Source: Vermamoeba vermiformis
Lineage: Eukaryota
DNA length: 33,412 nucleotides
Assembly: GCA_045837725.1 (NCBI GenBank)
Contig: JBEWZL010000300.1
Location: 558,001 to 591,412 of the forward strand
Reading direction: 5' to 3'
Part shown: in pieces, positions 11,385-23,254 of the stretch
How positions within the stretch are numbered: position 1 is the first letter of the stretch
How the letters are laid out: the number at the start of each line of letters is the position of its first letter
Made by a program: the position numbers and the translations under genes
The notes under the pieces: generated by a model
The model's database searches: none
Seen by the model: the letters and a program-made list of their open reading frames with translations, nothing else
Told to the model about the DNA's origin: nothing

Positions 11385-14000
11385 ATGAGCGCACTAACAC
11401 ACGAGCAATACGAACAATTTCTAGCTAATAACTTCCGCCCTACTTGGGCTGAAGCTGAGAAGCTGTCTGCAGCCGAAGACGAACCCGAAGAACCATTCAA
11501 ATCAAAATACAAAGCCAATGAGCTTTTGGTAATGATCTGGCCTTAGACGCGGCGTATTTTTAATATTATATAATATATAGGTAAAATTGAAGGCTGATTT
11601 GCAACCGTATGCGAGCGTAGATGAAACGGTGAGTATGAATATTTTACTCGAAGCATGTCCAATGAAGATTAATTTTGTAATATTATTAGGAGGTGCTAGA
11701 TTATATAGCCATGATAGATATGAAGCTAGGAGTCAATCATATTAATACAGAGGTAAATAAAAAATATTTTTGTAATGATCTGCATTGACACGTCTGTAAC
11801 ACGATCATTTAGGACAATTTCAACGGTGAAAAACATCTTACCTTGAGTTTGCAGCAATTTATTAAAGATAAAGAAAAGCACACTGCCCAAATTATTGAGA
11901 TCTTAAACAACTTCGGCATCCTGTGGTTTGCACGGTACGTAGCGGCAATAATCGTTACTATTTCTAATGTAGATATTATAGTGATGACCCTGAAAAGGCA
12001 GAATCGTTTCTGAGAGAAGCTGAAAAGTTGTACAAGGAAATCCGGGAAAAGCGGCCATTAACGTGAGTTACTGCAGCTTGTCTGCTCATATTCTCATCGT
12101 GCTAATGTGTACTATTCGTATTAGTGACAAGAAGCAGTATGAGGACAAAACCGAACACCAAATAGAACGCGTGCACACATTGACACTGTTCTACTTGGCA
12201 CAAGTCTTCGGTGCAAAGGGAAACACCAATCTATCGGCAGAGTACTGCCACTTGACGCTGAAGAGACAGTACGAGTCCAAAGAGTTCGATCCAAGGGTAC
12301 GCACAAGTCATAATGGTTGTGTACAGCTCGAACTGAAGTCAAATTACAGGAGTTCGCGCTGCACTGCATGTCGATCTCGGAGTTCTACACGATGGAACAT
12401 CGATACAAACAAGCTCTTTACTGCTTGAGAGCTGCACAGACGATCATTCCGCCGGATGCGGGTGAACAGCTCGTGGCTGACTTGGCGTTTGGTTGGGGAA
12501 GATTCTTAATGCTATTCCTGAACTACCAGGTAAAAATTATTACTTTGGAGAACAACCACTCCGCATCGGAAGCGTGTGAATCGTTAATTAATGCCGTGTC
12601 ACAGGTGCACTTACGGGAGAAAGAGCGCGTAGCACGTCGTGCAGACAAGGAGGCTAAGGGACTCGAGTTAACCGAAGAAGATGTCCTAACCGAACACTAT
12701 GCAAACACTAAATATAGTCTCAGTTTAGAAGATTTGTCGGAGATTCAGGAGAAAGATATAATTTATTTCGAAGGCCTCAAAATGGACGAAGAACATTTCA
12801 CTGTCCCGAGTCTAGCTCCGGTTAGCAAAATTGAAGAGGTAATGCTCAATGACAGACATATCTAGCCATGATAAGCTCATTTCAATAGGAATCATAATTG
12901 TCACGTTTCGGATTTAATATTTTTTAATAGGCGAAACCGTACTTTGATACTGCTGTCAACTGGTTTAATGCTGCCAAAGACTATTATATACTAGAAGGTT
13001 TCGTAACCGAGCACATTGGCATACTGCAGGTATATTGACAATTTAATTTACTGTGACAAGATTGACAGCAAATAACGCTTCGAATTGTCTAAGATTTGCT
13101 GATATTAATTATATAATGTAGGACATGAATAGCTTGTACTTAGCATACTCGTACTTCCAAAAGGACTTGAAACAAAAAAGGTACGCGGAAACGATTTTTC
13201 AATTTACGTCTTTTGGATTCGGTTGTCGACATCATAATAATAGGAGCTGCACCTATTATTAGACGATTTAATGTTAACAAGTATTATTTAATGCTCAGGA
13301 AGCTGCACAAGCAACGACTGAAATTATTGGAACCATTACTTAAAGAGCTGAATCCAAACGTCTTCTTAACGACCGTACAACAAATTTTGTTTACGTGCGC
13401 TGAGATTCATGAAGCAATACTAAATCTTCGATTGAACACTCTTAAACACTCGAAACCAACCAAAGACGAAACTCAAAAGATTAATCTCAAGTAAGTACCG
13501 ATCGTGATCCGAAAATCCTCGTATTAATCCACAAATTGGTACAGTGGCTACTTTGCTATAACTTACTTCCAAAAATTTGCTACAATGTGTCAGCCAGTTA
13601 AGAACAATAACCCGGCCAGCAAGCAAGCACCAAGCCCGGAGGACGTTCCTGTAGATGCGGATTTGCTCGAGCCGTTTTTGCATGCCCACTTCAATATGGC
13701 GCGACTGTAAGTATTACTGTTATCGCAAAATCATTATTATCCATAATTATCGTAATTTACTCATATTTACTAATTTCTTGCAGCTATCAGAAACTTGTAA
13801 CAGATGACCCCAGAGGAACTGTCATGAACTTGAAAAAAGCCCTCGCGGAATATGTCTTTATTAATTCATTTGCTAAGAAGCATACCGTGCAAGTTTTGCA
13901 GCAAGAGATAAGCTTGTGCGCGCAGATGTTGGAGCTGCTACCAGCTAAGATTGAGCAATACCAAAGACTATTGAATGCAGCCGCAACTCAAAGAAAATAA
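11385..14000 (+). CDS. KIFBP: KIF-binding protein (KBP) homologue, multi-exon
   Basis: EPEEPFKSKYKANELL; HTLTLFYLAQVFG...SAEYCHLTLKRQ; AKDYYILEGFVTEH; KLHKQRLKLLEPLLKELNP; terminal EISLCAQMLELLPAKI. All are characteristic of the KBP family. Confidence 0.92.
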
Positions 14001-14174
14001 CATTGCAGATGAAATAGCTGGAAAATTGTTGATAGCGTCGTTCAGCGTGAGTCAATCGCGACGATCCAGAGATTTTTTCCTGGAGAAATCTCCCTGAAAT
14101 TGAACCAGCATAAAAAGAATCGGACGCAATTTTTTCATTCCAACTCATTTCTCTACTCGTTAAACAACAAAACA

Positions 14175-14354
14175 ATGGAAAACTCTCAACGAACAAACAA
14201 CGTAGATCGAAACCCCGTTCAAAGCTCTAGACCAAGAACCTTCTCGTCCTTGATGAGCTGGCTTCGTGGCTCCAACACACCTGTGGCTTCTTCGGACAAA
14301 AAAACCACTGTATCGAAGCCCTACAACACCACTGGTGCCTTTGCCTTCCGCTAA
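14175..14354 (+). CDS. Candidate 59-aa microprotein (MENSQRTN...GAFAFR)
   Basis: A/C-rich initiation context (aacaacaaaacaATGG) like that of neighbouring genes, plus an intron-like segment (14378-14488) just after the stop. Confidence 0.5.
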   Translation: MENSQRTNNVDRNPVQSSRPRTFSSLMSWLRGSNTPVASSDKKTTVSKPYNTTGAFAFR

Positions 14355-14942
14355 GCTATTGCTATATGTCGCAGAAGGTAAATCACGACTTTCAGACCAA
14401 TTTAAAAAATTCAAATTGAACGCTTTGACAGTTTGATTCTCCCTTGAGTCAATTTCGAATAGTTATACTGACACTTATTTAATTATAGGACATGTAAATT
14501 GTACATATCCTCAATAATAACATTGTAAGAAAGTGCTTCGATCTCGTCATCCGCAGAAGAAGTCACGATGTTTTGTAAAGAATTTTTAGAATAACGAAAA
14601 TAATGTGCAATTGTAAAATTAGTTATCACAATAAATATCGCTTCGTACTTAATTAATGGTATGGTTTATTTTCCCTTACGTCTGCCGGAATAATCTCCGC
14701 AGAAATACCCTTATTTGTTCTACATAGTACCATAGAAGGCAGCACTCCGGGGGCTAATCCCTGTATCTTCGACCTTGAGATAGTGCACCTCGGAGCTATG
14801 GGGCAGTGCACGAGCAAAAATACTTTGAAGTGAGTAGAGCAACCGTTGTAGTCGATAGACGTGCTTATAATTAATATTCAAAATTTATAGAAAAATATAA
14901 TACAACATTTGGAGGTGAAGTCTTGCATTTCTGCTTGCAAGC

Positions 14943-17659
14943 TTATTTTTCGGTGATCTCAGACGAAGAAGCGGAAGCAGCAGGCTTATCAGCGGGGTCG
15001 TTCTTCTTTTGCTTCAAGTACTCGTTCTCGGTTCTGAGCTTGTCGATCTCCTTGCGCAACTCGTTGAGCTCGTTCTCCAACTTCGATGAGTTTTCAGAGA
15101 GGGAGCTTTGAGGATGCGAGTGGGAGCTTGTCATAGCAGTGGTGTTCTTGTTGGTACCCCAAGCAGTACCATCATCACCGTCCTTCTTCAGCTTGGCCAT
15201 CAAGTGGATCTTGTTACCAAAGACAACGATGATAGTAGTCATGTTGGCCACAAAGATACCAATGCTGCGGATGATGAAACGTTCTTGACGGCTAATGGTG
15301 CTAACGAACTGCAATGCGGTGATGAGAGCAGAGATGATAACCAAGACGTAGATAACGAAGGCCAAGAGACGAGACTCGTTGTAGACCTTGTGAGGAACAG
15401 AACGGATGCGAACGGCCAAGTAGATACCGTAGCCCATCAGAATAGCGTTGTATCCCAAGGCAATGATAACGAAGGCGAAAGAGACCGGAGTAGCAGCCAT
15501 ATCAACGCTGCAGTCGGTGTACCAGAGAGCAGGGCGGTAGGGATCAGTCACGACAAGTTGCACGTCACTACCGAAGATTGCAATGATGATGCAGATGACA
15601 GCTTCAATACCGACGACCACTGCAGTAATGATGGAGAGCTTGGCGTCAGTAATAGCCTTGATGGTGAGGCGCTTGTCGTTGTACAAAGAGTGGATTCGCC
15701 ATGACTTAGCGAAGAGGCAACCAAAAGTGATGGTGAAGCCAATACCCAACAAGAGAGGAGTCAAGACGCAAGCAGCCTTGTCCAACCAGCTCAAGTTCCA
15801 GCTGAAGATGCTAGCATAAGACATGCAAGTACCGAACAGGACGTAAACCAAGAACAAAGCAGATGAGGCGCGGATAATCTTGTTCTTGCGGTTAGCAATG
15901 ACAACGATCATGAGGGCGATCGAGAAGACAATGCCAACAATAGCGAGAGCGAACATGGCCCACTCAGAAGGAGTGGTCGTAGGGTTGTAGATGCGCTCTG
16001 ACCAGGTGGGCATAGGGTAAACCAAGTTTTGCTAAATAGGATAATTAGAATGTGTTTCCTGCGTTTATAATATCAAAGGGATTCCACAAAATAATCGTTG
16101 GCCCTTTTTTGGACAGCACCTCACGAGATTTCAGCATAAAAATTGATATTATTTTTGTCAATTTACTGAAACGAGTGGCAGCTTGAATATACTGAGCTAA
16201 CAAGCAGCTTTGCCACGGCGGAGTATCAAATCATCACATAAGGTTATAATTTAAATTTGCAGGAATTGTTCCGGGTCGCGAAGATCCGCCGACCAAAATC
16301 GAATCAAATAATTAATGCTGATTTAAAATCACGTTTCATGTTGCTCAAATCGATATAATTTGCCTTGATTTAAAAGTTTTTAGGTATTGCTAAACTTACG
16401 AGCTGAACTCTGCTGGGACCAACGACGTTTACAACGCTAGTGTAGTTGGCAATTTCCTTACGGGCGTACTGAATCCATTCATCGCTGTTGGGGACGAACT
16501 GCAAGAAGGGAACGAAGCGAAGTTGCGAGTGATCTGCGCCGAACTGGTAAGGACCGAAGAAAGTGTCTACGTTAACTCGTCCCAAGGCACGTGTCACCTC
16601 GTTGTTGTCCAAACTATCAGCAGACTGGATGGCAAGCATGAGAAGCAAACCAGAGACGGCACCGATGGCTTGGTTAGCGTCAGCAGGACCAAGAGAAGCA
16701 TCCATGGTAGCGTCGAAAGCAGTAAGAAAATCCTTGTACGTGCCGAAGTAGTCACCTCTAAAATTAATACCAGGGGCAATGACGTCGCAGCCACTGACGA
16801 AGGCAACCAAAGAAGGGTCGAGAGCAAGGAAATCCGGAACGTAGTACGAGCTGATGTAGACAGCTTTAGGAGTGTAGTCCAACTTTCTGATGGCCTCCAA
16901 GAAGTAGCGACCGACGTTAGTGAAGCTAGCAATGACGACGGCGTCGAAAGTGTGCTCGTTAGTTCCATTTTGGTGATCAATGTCGCGGATGAGGGAAGCG
17001 ACATCCGAAATGTTTTTAATAAACGTATCATCAATGCCATTGAGAGTATCAGTAATTACGTTGTATTGAGCAACGATTTCGATGCTATAATCGTCGGCAT
17101 TTGAAACAAAACCTTTTCCAATGTCAATCTGGAAAGGTGTTTGTTCCACAACCAAAACAATCTTTCTAATGTTGTTAATTCGGAACTCCGGGAACGTAGT
17201 AGTAGCATATCGAGGAGGGGATGTTGTTACGGAGTAAGAGTATTCGGCACCAGTGTAGAATGAAGCCGATCCGACTTTGGTACCAAGAAGTAAGCGACCA
17301 GCGGGTTCTGTGATGGACTTGGCAGCTGAGCTGAGAGGAGAGCTCACGGGACCCAAGAAGAAGTTGATTTCGGAATCGTTAAGCATGGTTCGATAGTTTT
17401 GCTTGACGATCGTCGCGTTTCCATAATCTTCCATGTGCTTAATTGCAAAAGTTAAGCTTTCGTTCTTGTTGATTGTAATGTTCCAAGTGTTGGCTTTCTG
17501 AACGAAGAATTGAAGGCCGGCTAGAATTTGTTTGCCGTTCTGGTTGAGAAAGGAGGACGGCGCTTGAGTAGAAACGCTGATGCCAAAAGTGACCTGCGTC
17601 GAGTAGTAACCATAGAAGCAGCTCAAGAAGAGCAAGGCTGCAATTAAAACCTTGGCCAT
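14943..17659 (-). CDS. Class C (GABA-B-like / Dictyostelium Grl-like) GPCR; exons 17659-16400 and 16031-14943
   Basis: Signal peptide (MAKVLIAALLFLSCFYG), periplasmic-binding-type ectodomain (FFLGPVSS; VDTFFGPYQF), 7TM_3 motifs (IIRASSALFL, FGCLFAKSWRI, YNESRLLAF) and a C-terminal coiled coil. One 368-nt phase-0 intron. Confidence 0.92.
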
Positions 17660-17827
17660 TTGTGTTGTCGTGTGTGGCGTTGAATAACGAATAAAATTAA
17701 AGCGCAGTGTAAAATTTAAACAATTCCCACGAGACATGATTTGATCCCTTGTGATTCATTTTTGTGTTCGGCCGTATTAGTATTCCCACGATTGATTTAA
17801 ATTATGTTACCCGTGTTCCACCTTTTA

Positions 17828-17857
17828 TAGCGAAACAATAGTTACTGTAAAATTTGG
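17828..17857 (+). repeat. Left TIR TAGCGAAACAATAGTTACTGTAAAATTTGG
   Basis: Reverse complement of 20852-20881 apart from one T/C difference. Confidence 0.95.
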
Positions 17858-17997
17858 AGTCACCTGCCAATCAACTTGTCTCACTACTGGTGGAATTAAT
17901 TTTGTTTCCACCAAATTTCTGACCAATAGAATCACGCGTCAATAATTTTGATTTGTTTACGCCGACCTGTAGAATTATATGTAAAACAACGTGTAAC

Positions 17998-19164
17998 ATG
18001 GCCACAAATCAATTTGGTGGTGTATATTTCCCTGGGGCTTGTTACGATCAGTTACTCCGTATTCGAATACTGCAAGATTTGATTAGTCTTCAACCAAATC
18101 ATGGTGCAAAGAGTGAGCTCGCAAGAAAATACAGTGTTTCACCAGCGTATATATCAAAGTTAAATAATCTATTTGTGGAATATTTGACCGATCCTTCTGG
18201 AGAAAAAGCACGCAATCTACTTTTTTCTCGCTCGCACTGTAGGTTCATTAATTAAATTGGTAAATAATATTATAATTAACGCCTATATATCTAGCACACA
18301 TCCGTGAGTCACGTAAGCTGGATATTGAGAGCATTCTGTATATTTTACTGCTTGTTGAACAAAATCCGACCATCTACCTTTGGGAACTACAATTAATGCT
18401 TTATGCTCATCTCAATATCGAAGTATCAATGGAGACCATTCGAAAGACTATGATAGAGATCGGACTAACACATAAGAAAGTGTCAAGAGTGCATCTCCGC
18501 AGATTTACTCCCCGAAACATACAATGGCGACGAGTTTATTCGGAACTGATTAGCCAAGCAAACGTTGATAGATTATTTTATTTTGACGAATGTGGTTTTG
18601 CAAGGCGTGACACACAGCGAAATTATGGTTGGAGCGCATCTCGTCGTTGTGTAGCAATTGATGACTGGACGAGACTACCAGCGATTCAACTACTCGCATT
18701 AATGGGCAAGAATGGTGTGCAAGCGATTCAGCTCCTATCTGGTACAGTAACAAGCCTGCACATCTGCAACTACTTTCTTGTGCACGTGTTCCCGTTCTTA
18801 CCTCAAGGCTCTGTCATCGTGATGGACAATGCATCGATTCATCGTGGTGCAACATCGCAGTTCCTTGCCGACTTGCTGCAATTAAAGGACTCTGTTTTAA
18901 TTTTTTTGCCACCGTACTCGTAAGTCTACTTGAGTCTTTAAATTTGTTGTGCAAGCCACCAAAATACTAATAATATTTCTACCCTACAGACCTGACCTAA
19001 ACCCAATTGAAAATATGTTCGGGACGCTGAAATGCTTTATTAAAGATCAGCGATGTACAACAAACGAAGATCTGCTTGACAGCATTTTTCGTGGGATTGA
19101 TCTTATTACTCCAGAACATTGCACGAGCTGGTTCGTGCACTGTGGTATTGTTACTCCACAATAG
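17998..19164 (+). CDS. DDE transposase (DDE_3-type, DD37E), 3 exons; introns 18239-18294 and 18920-18989
   Basis: Paired-domain-like N-terminus (NQFGGVYFPG), PTIYLWEL, and catalytic YFDECGF, VMDNASIH and LPPYSPDLNPIE. There are 37 residues between the second D and the E after splicing, and no stops or frameshifts. Confidence 0.93.
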
Positions 19165-20706
19165 AGCGACAGTTTGGACAGTTATGATTTGTAGCAAACC
19201 AATTATCAATACAGTTTGCACAAAATATGTGCTTGCACGGCAATTCTCGTAACTCAACCCGTGAACTCAAAACATTCTCTCGACATATTGAACAGTCAAT
19301 TCTTGTGGCTGTGGCGTCGTTGTCATCGATTAGAATGGGAAGTTTGTTGATATCACGAACGGGAGTCGGCTCATTCGGTAAGCCAACCAAAAGCTACACA
19401 AAAGAGTTTTTAATGCACGACTCAATACTTTATCATTGTTGTTAATTACTAACTTCATAGTCATAGTCAGGGTCCCTAAATAATTCGGCGATCTGATCCG
19501 GGTCAAACTCTTCATCAGCGGCAATATTCACAGTTGTTATTTGACCTGAGCTATAGTTCAGAGTAAGTACTCGAGAGCTATCATCGGAAGCAGTCTCAGG
19601 CGAAGTAGGATCTTGCTCTTTAAGCCTTTGCGTGTCAGTCGAAGTGGCAAGCAGATCGGCAGGGTTTTTGATGAAGTTTTCACTGTTGTACAGACTAATA
19701 GGATTTGGCCTAATCATTATATCACGCAGGGTCCCAGGCCTAGACTTTGTGGATGGTGCACTGTTGCTTTGGGCGTTGTTCAGTGTGCTTGTGTACCGCG
19801 AAACAACGTCGTTGATCACTTGACTTGTTGGAGGAGCTGTTGACAACAACCCACTCTGATTACCTTGTAATTGGCTTGTAGGTTGCAGGGAAGGCTGCTC
19901 TACAGGCCTAGGTGCCAGAGTTGGATGTGGTGCTGGACTTGGACTCGGATGAGGGTAGGGCGGAAACAGAGACCAGTTACCCCAAGGTGCTTGCATTGGC
20001 ATTGAGCCTTGGCCTAATGAGCACCAATATGGATATTGTGGTGGTGGCTGTGGCCAGAAAGAGTAGGTTTGCGGATGTGGATACGGATACGGCGGTAAGT
20101 ACTGTGGTGCTCCATAAGTGTTTCCTGGGGCAATTGAATTTACAGCACTTGTATTTAGGCCGTCTTGTGCTGAATTTGGTGCCTCTGGTGGAACTTGCGA
20201 CGTTAGACGTTTGTACGAAGCCTGCATCCGAGCAACTTGTGAATCTCCTTTTGTTTCTTTCAAAAACTGCTCGTTTAATTGGCCTGCAAGGGTGTTGCTC
20301 TTTGGCAATGAATTTGAAAGCGCCTGAGCTGGGTTTTCATGATCTAAATAATAAATTCGAGGAAGTTAGTTGTGAAACCAAGACCACTTGGGCACGTACT
20401 AATCGCCTTGGCTAGTATTTCACCTAAATCCACTTTTGGTCGCTTTGGTGCTCCCTGTTGCTCGTGGCTTGCTACTTCAGCAATCTTTCTTTTTGGGCAT
20501 TGGTGGCCTTTTTTCGATACACCACACTGAATACATTTTTGAACAGTTCCAACAGGTGGTCCTTTTTTACTCTTTGTGTCGCTATCAAGGAGCTCAAAGA
20601 ATTTGTTAATAAATGTCTCTCGCGAGGTTTCTGGTAATTGTCCGCTCTTTATTTTGCCATCAACGATGGCAATCGCCTTTTCGTAATTATCAGCTCGGGA
20701 AGTCAT
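19151..20706 (-). CDS. Transposon cargo gene: CxxCG..KKGH.C zinc knuckle, Pro/Gln/Tyr-rich linker and C-terminal RING finger; exons 20706-20400, 20343-19454, 19393-19151
   Basis: Three ORF-track pieces join in frame through gtacgt..ttag and gttagt..gtag introns. CIQCGVSKKGHQC is near the N-terminus; CSICRE...LPCKHIFCANCIDNWFATNHNCPNCR is at the C-terminus. Confidence 0.85.
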
Positions 20707-20851
20707 TTGTGGTGGATCTATGCAAAACTACCAATACAATTCACAACCGGTTTGTAAGTGTCAAAAAATCAGCGTTTGGCGTTAAGAAATTTGGCAGAAT
20801 GTTTCGCTATTGTTTGACGTTTTGTAATTCACAAAGCTAGTGATTCAAAGA

Positions 20852-20881
20852 CCAAATTTTACGGTAACTATTGTTTCGCTA
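20852..20881 (-). repeat. Right TIR (plus strand CCAAATTTTACGGTAACTATTGTTTCGCTA)
   Basis: 29/30 match to the left TIR; followed by TA. Confidence 0.95.
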
Positions 20882-21785
20882 TATTACACCTAATACAATC
20901 CATGATGAACACGGTGTTTCAATTTCAGTGACAGCTGTCACGTAAATTGTGACATTGTTGGTAAATAGCATCTGGAACTCGGCAACAGTTCAGAACTCGT
21001 AAATATCATCTCTTTAAGTTTATTGGGTTAAGCGTAATTATTAAAAGCTTTCGATTAAAGGCGGAAAAACCCTGTGCAAAACCTATGTGACCTACTATTT
21101 CGGTGACAGTTTAAATTAATTCAATCACAATTCGAAGCACTGGAACACCCAGTGGAATTAATTGGTTAGCCTTATAAATGCCTTTAATGTTTCATCCGAT
21201 TACGAAAAACTTCAGATCGAGATCGGTTTCAAATTTGGAAGTGAATCATCACCTTCATTAATTAATGCTTGTCTACTTGTTTTACGCAACAAAGAATGCC
21301 TTTTATACCCTTAGATAAAAAGGTCAATACTTGAGCGTAAATTGTTACAAGATTGCTGGCGGCCGCCTGGCACAAGGTTAACTTCACTTCTTATTAAAAC
21401 GAGAGTCTATCACCTCGGTTAAGTTTTGTCTGCCAACCTTATACGAAATTTGAATCGACTTTGCTTGGGCTCCGTTTGTGAGGTTAGCGGAGCGATTTCA
21501 TGAAAATGAATAATTGCAAAAGTTAGAAAGTTTGCGGGGTGTGACATCATATCTCGTGCACGCTGATTGTGGAATTACTCCAAACACACGCTTCATTCTT
21601 CGGCAGCACTTACTCCCCGGATAATTCCACTTCGAATTCCGAGGTTACGCGTGCAATCAGGCTCTTGTCCGTTTAATAAATCATTTCTTTGTAATAAATG
21701 CTAGAACAGGAACGAAATAGTGCTTGTTCGGCGAAACAAAAATGTGATAGGTGGGCAGAACGATTATTTTGTCAACATTGCTTCA

Positions 21786-23254
21786 ATGCAACGTATCAAC
21801 AGGACTACTGCGGCGACTATCACTGTAGCAGCACTCGCTGTAGCCACTGCATTCGGTCTTTACTTGTACAAGAAAAGACCAACAAAGAATTACAAGATCG
21901 AACCTGTCGAAGATTTTGTTGATTTAGAAATGGGTCAAAATACAGCAAAAAATACTAATAAGGATACCAAAGAAGAAACATTCCAAATTCCTGAGAATCC
22001 GAAATCGTACGTCCATTATTGGAATTAATTAATTTTTTTTCAATTTTTATTAATAATTCTGCTGGCTCAGTTTGGAAGATTTTGGGTTCGCGTATAATGA
22101 ATCTGGAGAATTAAGAAATATTAAGACAAGTAAGTTATATTTCAAAAAAAAATGGCGAAGCTCAACACAATAATGTCTTAGATGAGAAATTCAATCTGCA
22201 ACTTACCCAACAACAGTACGAAGCTTTTGGAAACTTTGTCGTGGAATACGTTACAAACAAGATGAAGGTGGATTATGATATGGAGGTAAGACACTGCACT
22301 CTTAGCGGTTCAGTGAGTAACAAATCCGTTCAGAAAGTACTCTTGCCAACCGACGCTACAACAACCGAACCACAAACTGATATCTATATGACTAAGAATT
22401 GGAAGGACTGTGAGAAGCTTCTCGTCTTGATTCAAGGTTCTGGCGCTGTGAGGTAATATTGACAGATCGCGTGCCTCTTTTCTGAACATTTTTTGTAGAC
22501 CCGGAATGTGGGCTAGGTCTGTCTGCATCAACGACGGCCTTAAGAACGGTGCCGTATATTCGTATATCGATGCTGCTTTAAAGGAAAATTACGGAGTGAT
22601 TGTTTTGAATCCGAACAATAACAAAGGTAAGGCTTACTTAAGGCGGAACAAATCTTTAAGATACATTCTTAAATCGCTATTTTTAGTGCGTATCAACTCG
22701 AAATCGGTTCCTATTCGCGGAAGCAGTTCACCTGAAGAACACACTTTAAGTGTGTGGGACGAATTTATTTCTCAGTCGAATGCCAAGGACATCGTTATTG
22801 TCGCGCACAGTTACGGAGGCGTGTGCACGATGAATTTACTCGAGTACAGAAGTAAGTTCAATGATTCAACTTAGGAATATTTATCTTTGTGATACTAATT
22901 TATTTTTCCGACAGACGAAGCGGTGCTAGCACGTGTACGCGCTATTGCCTTTACGGACTCAGTGCACTCAGCCTATCCATTGCCCTATACTAACGTTAAG
23001 CAAGAACCCACCGTCTCGTACTTGAAAGAGGTAAAATTTATTCTAACCGTTAATTTTTATTTCGTGACATCAAACTGACATCTCTTTAGCGATGTGTAAA
23101 TTGGATCACCTCGGATACGCCGTTAGACACTGAACTTAAAGTATCGAAGTCGAATTGCCCGTGCGTGTCTGCGGGTCACACTAAACATGAGTACACTTCA
23201 GCATCCGCTTTTCCGTCAGTTATGAAATTCATTAACGAGAAGGTTGCAAAATAA
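21786..23254 (+). CDS. FAM172A: FAM172A/ARB2A-like Arb2-domain alpha/beta-hydrolase-fold protein with an N-terminal hydrophobic anchor; multi-exon
   Basis: [51 protein letters not shown]...[30 protein letters not shown]. Confidence 0.9.

Larger units (their letters stand above)
17828..20881 (+). mobile_element. 3054-bp IS630/Tc1/mariner-superfamily DNA transposon (DD37E) with a cargo gene
   Basis: 30-bp TIRs with one mismatch, TA on each side (17826-17827 and 20882-20883), an internal transposase and a second gene. Confidence 0.93.

Noticed and set aside
14750-14770. Minus-strand GATACAGGGATTAGC resembling U6 snRNA
   Set aside because: Lacks the invariant ACAGAGA box and the rest of U6.
15108-17104. 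Long plus-strand ORFs (198 aa and 193 aa) opposite the GPCR
   Set aside because: Antisense shadows expected from the GPCR's biased codon usage; no recognisable motifs.
19151-20706. Fanzor/TnpB or another RNA-guided nuclease as the transposon cargo
   Set aside because: No RuvC motifs; the cargo is Zn knuckle + low complexity + RING.
21569-21630. Inverted GTGGAATTA...TAATTCCAC as a MITE
   Set aside because: Only 9-bp arms and no TSD; the same word occurs singly near 17890 and 21152, so it is at most a promoter motif.
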